From positions 3,534,001 through 3,598,000 of the forward strand of contig OX337230.1 in NCBI GenBank assembly GCA_946965045.2: DNA of 64,000 nucleotides, read 5' to 3'. The DNA is from Epithemia pelagica. Taxonomy: Eukaryota > Protista > Bacillariophyta. The position numbers were made by a program, and so were the translations under genes. Numbering within the stretch: position 1 is the first letter of the stretch; every line of letters starts with the position of its first letter. Below are positions 31,727 through 43,014 of this stretch, piece after piece. Under the pieces are notes generated by a model that saw only the letters and a program-made list of their open reading frames with translations, did not search any database and was not told the origin of the DNA.

Positions 31727-32510
31727 GTGCTCAATTCAATGTCCTCAATCACTCACTTCTCTCCAAGGAGCCACATGCATGTCACCAATTCATGCCTGCC
31801 ACCCAGGAGCCCACCACTGCCCATGCTCAAACTGCTCCTGACCCCCAGACTGCACACACCGACAACCAACTCACCTGTCATGAGTCACCCCCATCCACCA
31901 TGCAACCCATCCCAGCACTTCTAACTCCACCATTCTTGCCTGACACCACCTGCTGCCCGGCAGCACTCCAAACAGAGGGGGAGCCTGCCCAGCAGCTTGG
32001 CCGCCTCTGGACCCACTCAAGCTCACACACACTGGTGGGTCACCCAGCATGCCCAGATCTCCACATCTTTGTTCCCTCGTGCCCCATGAGTGTCATTGTG
32101 TGCACTGACTGCAAGTGGGGCCATTGTCCAGCCACTCACTGCACACAGCAGTGACAGGGGGCTCTCACCCGTTGCAGCCATCTGGAGTGCTTGAGGCCAG
32201 ACCCGTGGCATGCATGACAGGGGATGATGCTGGATAACAGCATTGTTTTGTGTGGTGATCATCAAGCCCCCAACTCACCATCCAACTCACTCCAGTGTGT
32301 CAAGTGCGTGATGCGAGTTGCTCCCAGAGTTCTGAGCTTGTGGCCGCAGAAGTGCTGTGAGTGCTGTGGCTCCAGTTGTGCACCATTTTTTCCACTCAAA
32401 GCAGCATGGGGTGCTCAGGCATGACAAGAGTGTCTGACAACATCCTTGGGAGTGTGCTGGGAGTGAGTTTTGTGACCACTGGAGCTCAGAATCGCGCCTT
32501 TTCTTTTGAG
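31727..32510. other. TpA- and CpG-depleted island (probable decayed repeat)
   Basis: By eye, 2 TA and about 11 CG in about 780 bp of roughly 55% GC sequence. Strong CA/TG excess, with sharp edges. Confidence 0.8.
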
Positions 32511-33147
32511 TAGGAGTAGCTTTTGGTAATCCTTACTTCCCACTTCCCAGAGACAGTGGTTTTGTGTCTGTACAACTACCTGCGAAACACCCCCGCTGGG
32601 GAATAATCAATCCGTATTCTGTATCGTTGATCGTGCTACCGCCGCCAAATCGTGCATACACTGAGACACGACGACGAGCCATTTGGTCGTTCGTGGTCTT
32701 CCGATTGTCTCCCCCGATCCAGACGCTAGGAAGTGAAAAGCGACCTTGAAGCGACTCCTATTAAAACTGCGACTCATGTAGAAACGCCAGTCCTTGGAAT
32801 GACCGACGTATTTTGCACGCCGGCTCAACCTTCAGTCCAAATAATAAATCTTGTTTCGAGCATGCGTGGTCTGACTGACCTGCGCGCAGAACCGAGTGAC
32901 ACCCGAATGGAAGCAAACCCTCCGCTGCATTGCAAGCAGCACCTCTTCCACATTCGAGTGAGGTAGAAAGGATTAGGCCAAGAACAAAGCAACAGACACG
33001 AACGACGACGCAGGACACAGTGTTTGTTTCATATATATTTCGTTAAAGAGAGAGAGACAGAGAGACGTGTGTGAGATTGATTGGATTCATCCCTCGCAGT
33101 CTGTAGATCAATTGCCAACCAAGAATTCTCTATCCAACCCTCGCAAA

Positions 33148-34092
33148 ATGACGGACCAAGAAACCACCACCACTACCAGCTCCTCGGTTCCCATGGTTAC
33201 CTTGGTGAGTTTGGACGATGCCAAATTTACCTTGCCCGTCGAAGCGGCCAAGGAAAGTGAAATGGTTTCCAATGCCTTGGGATTGGGCGATGACGAAGAC
33301 GAGGACGAGGACGACGACGAGGATGAAGAGGACGACGGAAACAAGACGAGCAAAAAGGAGGTGAAATCGGTCGATTTGCTCAAGGTGACCTCCCGTTGTT
33401 TGGAACAAGTGGTGGAATTTCTCAAACATTATCATGAAGAAAAAATGAATGAAATTCCCATGCCATTGCCGGGCAATAATTTTGATGAGGTACGTTTGTT
33501 TCTTGTTGTTTTCTTGTAGTAGAGCCTGCTGGTGTTTGGACCATGGTTCGGACGGCAGGTTTCCTTGTCAGGACTCGAATACTGTCGCAATCTCGTGGGA
33601 AACAAGTTCTGTCCATTCCTTGATTTTGTATCTATTTTGAGTTTCGGCAAGTCTCCTGATGGATTCTTTTTCTTCTTTGTTCTTTTTTTTGTTTCTGTGC
33701 GTTTTCACAGTGCATGACGCAGGAATGGTATCGAACCTTTGTCAATGACATGGATCGGGACATGATTTTTGAAATCTTGGGAGCCGCCAATTACATGAAC
33801 ATTAAACCCTTGCTCGATTTGGCCTGTTTGCGAGTGACCTTTGAATTGACGGGCAAATCGGCCGAAGAGGTACGTGGGCTCTCGCTCTAGAAGAAAGGAA
33901 TGAAGGAATGAAGGAATTGGAAGCAACAAATTGCCTCACCACACAATTGGTTGGATGGATGGAAATTGCGGTTTCTTCTCGTTTGTTGTGTCACAGATTC
34001 GTCATTACTTGAACTTGCCCGAATTGACTGCCGAAGAAGAAGCTCGGGCACGAGAAGAACATGCCTGGATCTTTGAAGAAAACAACAACTAA
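33148..34092 (+). CDS. SKP1: SKP1 family protein, 3 exons (33148-33489, 33711-33869, 33997-34092)
   Basis: VTLVSLDDAKF, LEQVVEFLKHY, AANYMNIKPLLDLAC, GKSAEEIR, EEHAWIFE. Both GT-AG introns are phase 0. Confidence 0.93.
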
Positions 34093-34631
34093 AATCCGTT
34101 CATCATCACGTTACAAGGATTGTGCGCCTGGGTGATGGCAGTAGAGTTGGTGCTTGTCCAGGGAATCCAGGAGAAAACAAACAAACAAACACACACACAC
34201 ACAACTGGTACTGGGGCAATCGTTTCAGGATAAAGAGAGAGACTGGAGGATCCGGACGACCCGAAGTGCTGTGGGACTCTTGTGTGTACTATTTATATTC
34301 TAGGACAATTTTGCACGGGGGAGTCCACTGTCAAAGACACTTAAACTCTATAGAGAGAACGTCTACCTACTCCCATATGGTTCTAGAAATATTGCTGAAG
34401 GTTGGAACGTTTCTCGTGGAGCCAAATGGCAGTCGTCGCGCCCCTGTAGCACTCGATGGCGAGTGGCAGGGTCCTTCTCGTGGTGTGGTGATAGACACCA
34501 CAGTCATGTGAGTGCGCTTGAGAAAGCGAAATTGCACATGTACAGTCAGTACTTCCCTTTTCCCCGTGGATAAATCCCCTGAATTTCCCCAACCTTTCCT
34601 TTGATCTGCCCCGTCGAATCCATGTGCACAT

Positions 34632-36620
34632 TCATGTGTCTCGTTTTCGTTTGTGCAGATTCGGATCTGCGGCAACCTCCTCCTCCATGGAATCCTCTCC
34701 TCCTACTCCTGGATTGGTAGTCGTAAACCATTCATGCTCTTGTATTTGTTGTAGATTGGTCCATCGTTTTTGTGGATTGGGATGCAACAAGGATTGCATC
34801 AAATGGCAAAAGGAAGGACTCCAGGTCCGACCATGGCGTTGATTGAAATAGACTTGAACATGTTGCGTGACCCATTCAAAGCGTGGATCGGCGGCTTGGG
34901 GTATGGAATACAACAATCGATCCATATCCTCGACACCCACCATGACAATCAACAAACAAATACTCGCCGACCACAAATCCAAAGCAAAGGGATCCAATGT
35001 TGGTGCATGTTGTTGTTGTTGTTGTGTTGCTTCTGGTTGCGACGACGACGACGATGTGGAGGATGCGATCCATTCGGGTGCCAGATACAAGGGCAATGCT
35101 GTCGACGGTGGTACAAGTGGCAAGACGGCAGATGATTCCGTCGGTTCGGCATCCATTTTCTCCTTGTCGTTGTCGTCGTTTGGTTGTGGTTGTTGCGAAT
35201 GGACTTGGACGGCCCAGCCATGCCGGGCCAAACAAATGCGTTGGTGACACAAATTGCGATGTCGTTGACTCGTACGGTGGGTGTTGGATGGTTGGCTTGC
35301 ACCAGTCGTCGTTGTAGTACCATCCGCTGTTTTGCCGGGTTCTTCCTCCTCCTGAAATGGCATGGCGGCATCTTCCACCAACAAGAGATTGTGAAGGGTA
35401 ATATTGCGATGACACAATTGGAGTTGTTGCAGTCGTTCCAAACACTACCGAAAAACACGCACATGAAAAACAATAACAACAAGGCACAAAAAAGTTGTTG
35501 GACATGAATTCGTCATTCAAAATACAAGGAAGGCAACTCAAGAAAAGTAACATACCTGTAGAATTTGAGTAAACACATGGCGTGCTTCGTCTTCCGTCAC
35601 AAGTGCCGACGACGAGGACGGTGATGCTTCGTTTGGCTTGTTATTCTTCTCTTGTTTGGCTTGTTGTTGTCGAGCACAGAGTTCATCCCACAAACTGGTG
35701 GGATACAAGGGTGTGACACTGTAGTACAGGGAGGAATTTTGTGGTAAGGCTATGGACGAGCCAATGGACGAATCGTCTTGCTGCATGCTCATAGTACTAC
35801 TGGCAGCAGTAGATTGGCTCTGTAGTACCAGAGCATCCTTGGAGGACGACGAACAAGAGCCCATCCATTCCGATCCTAGTAAACAGGAGGACAATGCGTT
35901 GTTGTGGTCGTTGCAGCTGTGACTCCAGACAAACCATTCGGCACGTGGATTGTACTGTACCATTGTAGACTCTTGAGCCATGCTTGTGGTTGTTGTGGTT
36001 GTCGAATCGGAATCTGCGCTCATGGTATGAATGTGAATGGCCATCAAGGGAGCATTGGCTTCCACTTGCCATATTCGATGGGCCAGCGAACTGTTCCTGT
36101 TGTCCTCGTCATCTTCTTCGTTGTTCTTGTCATAGTCCAGTAATGCCAGTGGATAGCCCGCTCGAATCGTGTAATTTCCTTTGGGAGTTTCTTCCAATTT
36201 GCGCTGCAACAAAAAGGCGCGATACTCCTTCTTCGTCTTGTTCGTTGTTGTGGTATCATCCTTGTTATCCTTTTGCAAGAGGAGGACATTGCCTGCCATG
36301 GATGCTTGTCGTTGCAATCCCGAGCTGAGTGGTGCAACAATTGGCACTTTTCGAGCAGTGTCCAGAGATGCCGTTTGGTCCGGTGTGTTGGTGGTTGCCG
36401 AAGAAGAAGAAGAAGCATGGGTCGACCTTGCCATGGGTGTTGGAGTGGTGGTGGGTGGCTGTGAAGGCAAGGAAACATATCCAGGGATTCGAGACGCTTG
36501 ACAAAGATTGGAAGGTTCTGGAAACGGAACAAGTTTGTACTGTGGAGGAGGATTCATGGTGTTTAAGTTGTTGTTGTAGTTGCAGAAGCTGTCTTGATGA
36601 GGATGTCGGGAGGAGAGCAA
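34632..36620 (-). CDS. Protein-kinase-fold protein, probable pseudokinase; intron 35555-35445
   Basis: EDEARHVFTQILQ|CLERLQQLQLCHRNITLHNLLL (HRN in place of HRD), YLAPE, DLWSASICL and LLHPNPQKR. No recognisable VAIK or DFG. Confidence 0.75.
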
Positions 36621-37060
36621 TTCACATTGCCCTCGTCGTCACATTCTCTTGTGGTGCGATCCTTTTGGTGTCGGCAGGGCGCCGGAAAAAAGTCAGTACA
36701 AAAAGTCAGTAAAATCTGTCTTTCATTTGACGGACTCATATGTCTGTCCGTCGGTGGTCATCTTCAATCGTGAATCCGTCTGACCGTCAATCGTCCGAGA
36801 AAGTCCTATAAAATCCAAGGAAGATTGAACAGAGATTATTGGTAGGGACTAAGAACAGTTGGGGGGCATAGATCAAGAAGTTTTGTCGTTGCTTCTTTGA
36901 AACTGGTAAGGTGATGCGAACTCGTATTGGGAGCAATACGAGGTAAGCAAGCGGAATCCACTCACAATTTGTTTTCCACGGGAACTTATGAAATCGGAAA
37001 TCGGAGAACCGAGAGACAGTTATATTACCAAACAACAATGTGTGTAAGTGGTGGTGCTTG

Positions 37061-37852
37061 TTACAATTCTCCCAACAGGGCCGAAGCGAGAGCGACGACC
37101 GAGGGGACATCGGTTCCGGCGGCGACTTGGATTTTGGGTTGCATGCGTCGATCGTCCAAAAAGGATTTGCCAACCACTTGGCCTTGCATATCCAACACCA
37201 AGGCCCCGTACTTGACCTTGGGGATTTGTACCGCCTTGTAGACACTAAGCAATTCCGGACCACTGCCTTTCCATACCACGACACTTAAAAAGGCAGTCAC
37301 GGCCGCTCCCGAACGATCCACATCGATTTGTGCCGCACAAGGAACATCCGTGTCATTCTTGTTGCTGTTCTTGTCGTTCTTGGTGTTTGTTCGCCGTCGT
37401 TGTTCCTCGACAAAGGCATGAGCGACTACCGAAGCACCGGATGCAGAATGTTCCGAATGGTTCGAATGCAAGGGATCGTTGGAGGATGAGGACGTCAAGG
37501 ATGCCAAAGCCGTGCGAGTCGATGGCGACCGCGTGAGATTTTTGGGTGCTCGAAAAATCAATCGCTTGCCCTTGGTCGGATACGACGTCAAGAAGAGGAT
37601 GCGGCCTTTGCTATCCTTGGTGACGGTAATCTTGGTATTGGCATCGACCGTTTTGGTAGTGGAAACGTACAGGGGAAGCATGGTGGAAAAATCAAAGAAA
37701 ATGGTACTCTTGCGTTGATTGTCATGTCGGACCAAGACCGTCATGGGCTCATCCAAAAGGACAGAACCAGGAGCAATCATGGCATCCTTGTTGGGCAAAG
37801 TACCATGACCCAATTCCACATTGTTAAAGTCTCGGACAATACTGTTTCCCAT
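37061..37852 (-). CDS. Hypothetical protein with a possible tubby/LURP-one-like fold
   Basis: MGNS start at 37852. The C-terminus LYKAVQ...MQGQVVGK...IQVAAGTDVPSVVALASAL resembles the end of tubby-C/LURP-like proteins. Confidence 0.5.
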   Translation of the reverse strand: MGNSIVRDFNNVELGHGTLPNKDAMIAPGSVLLDEPMTVLVRHDNQRKSTIFFDFSTMLPLYVSTTKTVDANTKITVTKDSKGRILFLTSYPTKGKRLIFRAPKNLTRSPSTRTALASLTSSSSNDPLHSNHSEHSASGASVVAHAFVEEQRRRTNTKNDKNSNKNDTDVPCAAQIDVDRSGAAVTAFLSVVVWKGSGPELLSVYKAVQIPKVKYGALVLDMQGQVVGKSFLDDRRMQPKIQVAAGTDVPSVVALASALLGEL

Positions 37853-38320
37853 GATGATTTTGTGGTCGAATGAAACTGTGTTTTCAGTTTTTGGCTTCTT
37901 CTCTTGTAGGTCTCGTTTGGAATTGCAGTTTTCGGAATCCCTTGTTGTTGTTGTCTTTGTCTTTGCTACCTCTTTTGGATTGTGGTCGTTGGATGGAGCT
38001 GGTGTTGGATTTTTGTGGGCGTCCGAGGACTGGGTCGCTGGTCGGACGGCAATTTCTCCCCGTGATTGCTCTATCCATAACATTCATCGGTTGGTGTATT
38101 CCTGTTTTTGGTTGGGTTTCTCCTCCGTGACCTTCCGAATTCCCTATGTACCAGTGCGAGTAGAATGAAACAGTACTCACAATGGCGTTCTACTAGTAGG
38201 AGTACACCAATAATGTCCTTACAAACTGTCAGGCATAAATAACAGATGACAAGGTTGGTCTCTCAGATTCTCTTACATATAAGGTGGTGTGGGAGCATCC
38301 CTACCCACACAAGACTCGAA

Positions 38321-39031
38321 GGGGGTATATTATCGGGCGCGCGGAGCATGTGCGGAGCATGATATGGGCGGAGAAAGGCCAAACCAACCCGGATATAGAG
38401 CTTTCCTCCGCAAAATTTACATGCGGAGGAAGAGTGCGGGTGGAGCATGGTTGGAAGCAAAATCACGCGCCCACACACCACACACTCAATGCGTCGAACA
38501 GTCGAAGTCTTCCGATGATGGATTTGTCATGGACAAAAGCGATGACAGAGTCTATCTAGGCACTAGTATTGTAGACAAGTACATATAGTCGGCCAACTGT
38601 TGCTGCCTTGCTCTTTAGGAGTCTTTTCCATCCTCATGGTGGAGGTTGTGTTTCCATAGAGCATGGAAATTGACGTGTCTTTCCCACATGAGCTCGTAGG
38701 GCCAACAGAACAACAGGTGAAATATCCAATGGATACTCTAAATGATAAGTAGTCTATAAAGGGAATGATTATTGTGTCCGGAAACCACCCCTTTGCTTGC
38801 CATCGTCTTCCCAAAGTTGCTCTTCTCCTTCGTTTTCGATTCCATACTTAAGGCGACCCATACGCGTTTCCGTGACGGTCGAGGATTTTGAGCGCGCGCG
38901 CCGCGCATGCTCCGCATCTCTGCATCCGCCCACCGATAATATAGACGCGCGGAGCATGCATCGTGGAGCATGCATTGCTCCCCCCATATCCATGCTCCGC
39001 CCATGCTCCGCGCGCCCGATAACATACCCCC
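38321..39031. mobile_element. MITE-like non-autonomous DNA transposon (about 711 bp) with about 54-bp terminal inverted repeats
   Basis: Left end GGGGGTATATTATCGGGCGCGCGGAGCATGTGCGGAGCATG matches the reverse complement of the right end (GGGGGTATGTTATCGGGCGCGCGGAGCATGGGCGGAGCATG). GGAGCATG motifs recur subterminally. Flanks are GAA and TAA, so the TSD is imperfect. Confidence 0.75.
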
Positions 39032-40561
39032 TAAGACCGGCCTCGGCATCTCCCGGAGCAAACGAGTCCCGTCTGGATATAAGCGCGACTATGAGGTCGC
39101 GGAATCCATCTGACGTCCCTCCTGCGTTCCATGCATAGTATTTAAAAATAATTCATAATTCCCTATGAGTTAACGATTACAGAAATATAATCATCTGTAT
39201 ATGTCCCTACAATTTATCAATAGTTTTGTAGAGTACAACATGTGGTATGTGGTGCATCCGAAAAGTGTCCCTACAATTTGTCGAAAGAGAAATTTTAATA
39301 TAATTCATTTATTATTTTTCCCACACCAAATGACCCTTCGCATTTCATTGACACAGTCTCCAATTGCCCTCACATTTGCAAGTGGACTGGGTAACTTCGT
39401 CGTGTACTAGAGTAGTGTTGGGGGTTGGGGGTGACACATAACGGTAACGGTACTTGCACCGTCGGAGATCGGGCACCCATCCACCATGGCGGTCTCAAAT
39501 CTACCAATGCCTCTAAGTGAGACGAGAACAGCCAAGAATCCAACATGGATCACTGCCCTCTTCCGTTTCGTGACAATGGATGGTGAATCTTTTGCGCATG
39601 GTTCCGGCAGAGCATCAAAAAACGGGGTGCGACACGAGATGAATCACAGCCCTCAACGTGTAGTAGTAGTAGTAGAGACTCTATGAATCCTAGTAGACTG
39701 CCGCACAACATTGCTCCTGGAGAATGACTTTGGGGGCAGTCGTATTCGAATCTTTCAAAAATACCATTATTACAGATCGGTTCTATCGTCCTTTTGCCAC
39801 CAAGAACTTTGGGAATTTGGTGAGGCAACACCAATCAATCATATGTAGTGCTGCAACAAGATGCGATTTGACTTGATGATGGTAGGTTCTCTCTTTTTGT
39901 GTGTTTCGTGGCCACACCATGAGACAAAGTTCTGGAATTTGTTGGAATGCGATCCAGCCAAATACATTACAAAATGATGTTTGGATCTTCTTCTTCTTCT
40001 TTGTATCTTCTCGAAGGTACTTCCCTCTAGAGAGTAGCCTAGATTGCCTTGAGGTTTTTTGGAAACGGACCTGTATCCAAGGAGGCAAACGCATGTATCT
40101 GGTAGCAGGAGTAGCTGCTGGATGAGGGACATGCTGGCTGCAACGGCATGTCCATTTTCGTGTGGTTCTGGTTGTCGTGGGAGTACCGCAACAAGGCCTA
40201 ATACTACCACCATGGACGGACACCATGGATGAGAGATGAGAAAGTGGTTACTAGAGAGTGTTGGTTCGTTTGTTTGTTGTTCTCTGTGCAGATATAAGGA
40301 GAAAGAGTTGTTCCAAGACGACGACACGTTTCTCGTCGGCCGACTTTACACCGTACCATAGCAGAGGTAGCTTCTTTTTCGTGACGTTATACGTGCGACT
40401 CATTCATTCGCGTTTGGGTCTCTCCGTAGGAAACCCGTTCTTCGCAAAGCACGTGCTTCCGCATCGTGTGTCTCGCCATGACGCATCACACTTTCCGTTC
40501 GTGCCGTCGTCCTTGTCCTCTGTCTCTTCTCTCTCATTCTACCCTGACTCTCTCTCTCTCA

Positions 40562-42253
40562 ATGATCATCAGCCATTGTTGGTCGACTCTTTGTAGAAGA
40601 GGAAGGATTGTTGTTGTTGTTGGTTTGCCGTTTCATCCACCGCCGTCGCGTCCCATCATCACCCGGTCCTTGTTTGGTTCGTCGTCGTCGTCCTTGTCCT
40701 CTTTTACCTGTTCTCGAAGTGATCAGAGCAGTTTGTTTTCCTTCTACTACTACAAGACCATGACTACGGCTACTACAACGAGCACTAGCACTAGCACCAG
40801 TACCATTCCGGATATCGAAGACTTGCATCGTCACGCCATGCAACAGGGTTCCAAAACCTACATTGATCCCACAACGGGCTTTACCGTCTTTACGGAATTG
40901 TCTCATTTGCAACGGGGCAAGTGTTGTGGCAATTCCTGTCGTCATTGTCCCTATGGATGGGCCAATGTTACAAAAAACAAGACGACGAAAAAGAATGCCA
41001 AGGTTCCATCGGGCGATTGGCCGGCAATTGAAACCTATTTGCGCACGGTCTGGAATCTCGAATTGCCGGCTCCCAAAGCACGACGTCAACGACAACAACG
41101 ATCACAACAACCCGAATCCACGTCGTCGCCGCCCACCGACACTGCTGCCACTGCCGTGGTCCCACCGAGTGATTCGTGGACTGGGTCCTTGAATCAATTG
41201 TCTCCCACGGTATCATCGTCGTCATCCTCGTCGTCATCCTCCTCCTCACCAGATACTAGTGGCAGCAACAAGTCCAAAGAACAAGAACAACAGCAACAAC
41301 ATCAAGACAAACCGGAACCACTCCAACCGGCAAGACCCCCCACCACGACTCCAAACCAAAAGGACCAGCAGAACAAGGGCAAACCCAAAACGGGGGGTCG
41401 ATGGGGTGGTTTGTATACGAGCAAAAATGTTCCCTATACCCGTACCGGCGATGCCGGAACCTCGCAATTGTTTACCGGAGAACGCCGATCCAAAGCCGAT
41501 GCCGCCTTTGAAGCCATGGGAACCATTGATGAATTGTGTGCCGTTGTAGGTGTCGTCTATGCCCACTTGCAGCAGCAGCAGCAGCAACACGAAGAAGAAC
41601 CAATCACAACCACAACAAGAGCGGACGACAATGAAGATCCACAACCACCTACCGTCACGAGAGCCGCCGTGGAAGAATGGTTGTTGGAAATCATGTCGCG
41701 ATTGTTTGACATTGGATCGCACGTGGCCAAACCACGACCCATTTGTTTGGACGAGGACGACGACGACGACGAATCACCGCGGGTAGGCTTTGCCTTTGGC
41801 CCACATCATGTCACGGAATTGGAAGACTGGATGGATGCCATGACGGAAGATTTGCCAGAATTAACCTCCTTTGTCTTGCCCGCCAGTCCCAGTGTCACGG
41901 TCGCCCAATGTCATGTCGCCCGTACCGTGTGTCGACGCGCCGAACGACGATTGTTGCAAGCGCTGCACGACGCATCCTATTCCCAGGAAACGGGACACGG
42001 CCCAAACGAACAAGCCACGGTGTACGATCCCACCATTGTGGCCTATGTGAATCGCTTGTCCGATTTTTTCTTTACCGCCGCCCGATGGATTCATTGGTTT
42101 GTCGCTCATCAACCCTACGATATGGAATACAAACGACCCACACCCACGGCGCGACAACGGGTACGAACCACGGCACCACAATCACAACCTGCCGCCCATC
42201 AGGGACCAACGTCCTCCTCGGTCCCATCCTCTACCACCACTGGGTCGGAGTAG
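40562..42253 (+). CDS. MMAB: PduO/MMAB-type ATP:cob(I)alamin adenosyltransferase with an N-terminal DUF5522-like Cys-rich domain
   Basis: YTRTGDAGTSQL..GERRSK, AMGTIDEL, RLFDIGS, VARTVCRRAERR, YVNRLSDFFF. N-terminal YIDPTTGFTVFT...RGKCCGNSCRHCPYG. Start codon uncertain. Confidence 0.88.
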   Translation: MIISHCWSTLCRRGRIVVVVGLPFHPPPSRPIITRSLFGSSSSSLSSFTCSRSDQSSLFSFYYYKTMTTATTTSTSTSTSTIPDIEDLHRHAMQQGSKTYIDPTTGFTVFTELSHLQRGKCCGNSCRHCPYGWANVTKNKTTKKNAKVPSGDWPAIETYLRTVWNLELPAPKARRQRQQRSQQPESTSSPPTDTAATAVVPPSDSWTGSLNQLSPTVSSSSSSSSSSSSPDTSGSNKSKEQEQQQQHQDKPEPLQPARPPTTTPNQKDQQNKGKPKTGGRWGGLYTSKNVPYTRTGDAGTSQLFTGERRSKADAAFEAMGTIDELCAVVGVVYAHLQQQQQQHEEEPITTTTRADDNEDPQPPTVTRAAVEEWLLEIMSRLFDIGSHVAKPRPICLDEDDDDDESPRVGFAFGPHHVTELEDWMDAMTEDLPELTSFVLPASPSVTVAQCHVARTVCRRAERRLLQALHDASYSQETGHGPNEQATVYDPTIVAYVNRLSDFFFTAARWIHWFVAHQPYDMEYKRPTPTARQRVRTTAPQSQPAAHQGPTSSSVPSSTTTGSE

Positions 42254-42685
42254 TCCTGCCCAAACGACAACGACTACACAAGTGCCAAACGATGCGAGAC
42301 GGGTGAACCACAAAGGTACTATTTTCCAATGGCTTCTATTCAAAGGACCTATGAGGGATTGAAAATCGAATTTGCATGCGTTTGGACGGGTCAGAGTAAT
42401 CCAGCCAAAACGACGACTACACAAGTGCAAACGAACCGATACAGGTGAATCACAAAGGTATTATTTGCCAATGGCTTCTATTCAAAGGACCTATAAGGGA
42501 TTGAAAATCGAATTTGCATGCGTTTGGACGGTCGGAGTAGTCCTACCAAAACGACGACTTCACAAGTGCCAAACGAACCGATACAGGTGAATCACAAAGG
42601 TATTATTTGCAAATGGCTTATTATGAGGGACAGAAAAAGAGACGGAGAGACCGTTTCCATGATCGAATTTGCATGCGTTCCAAAC
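42242..42685. repeat. About 3 tandem copies of a 142-146-bp unit overlapping the MMAB stop codon
   Basis: Units start at about 42242, 42388 and 42530 (GGTC(G/A)GAGTA...ACAAGTGC...CACAAAGGTA...ATCGAATTTGCATGCGTT). The third copy is diverged. Confidence 0.9.
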
Positions 42686-43014
42686 CGGGCCTCCACACAG
42701 CAACGCAACACAGCCGGCGAGCAATCCAGTTACCATGGGGAAGCAGCAACATGAAACAAGGGCAAAAGTCATGAACGCTTGTGTGGAATGGTTACGACTT
42801 GGGGAAAACGATCCATCGCACAATCGCCTGTCCTTTGTTTTGTTCGCGTTTCAAAGGATGCGAGCTCTGCCGCAGAGGGGCATCCAACCGTTTCGTTCTA
42901 TGGACAATTGAACTTTGAATGGTGTATTGATAATACAACAACGATCCTTACGTTTCGCGTCCTGAATCTCGTTCCTTCTCGAGTGGCGTTGTGACTCACG
43001 CAAGGGGAACCAAA

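Noticed and set aside
31727-32424. Cys/His-rich ORFs
   Set aside because: Same TpA/CpG-depletion artefact; no coherent protein motif.
39550-40327. Short minus-strand ORFs upstream of MMAB
   Set aside because: No recognisable motif or convincing exon structure; cannot be called without RNA data.
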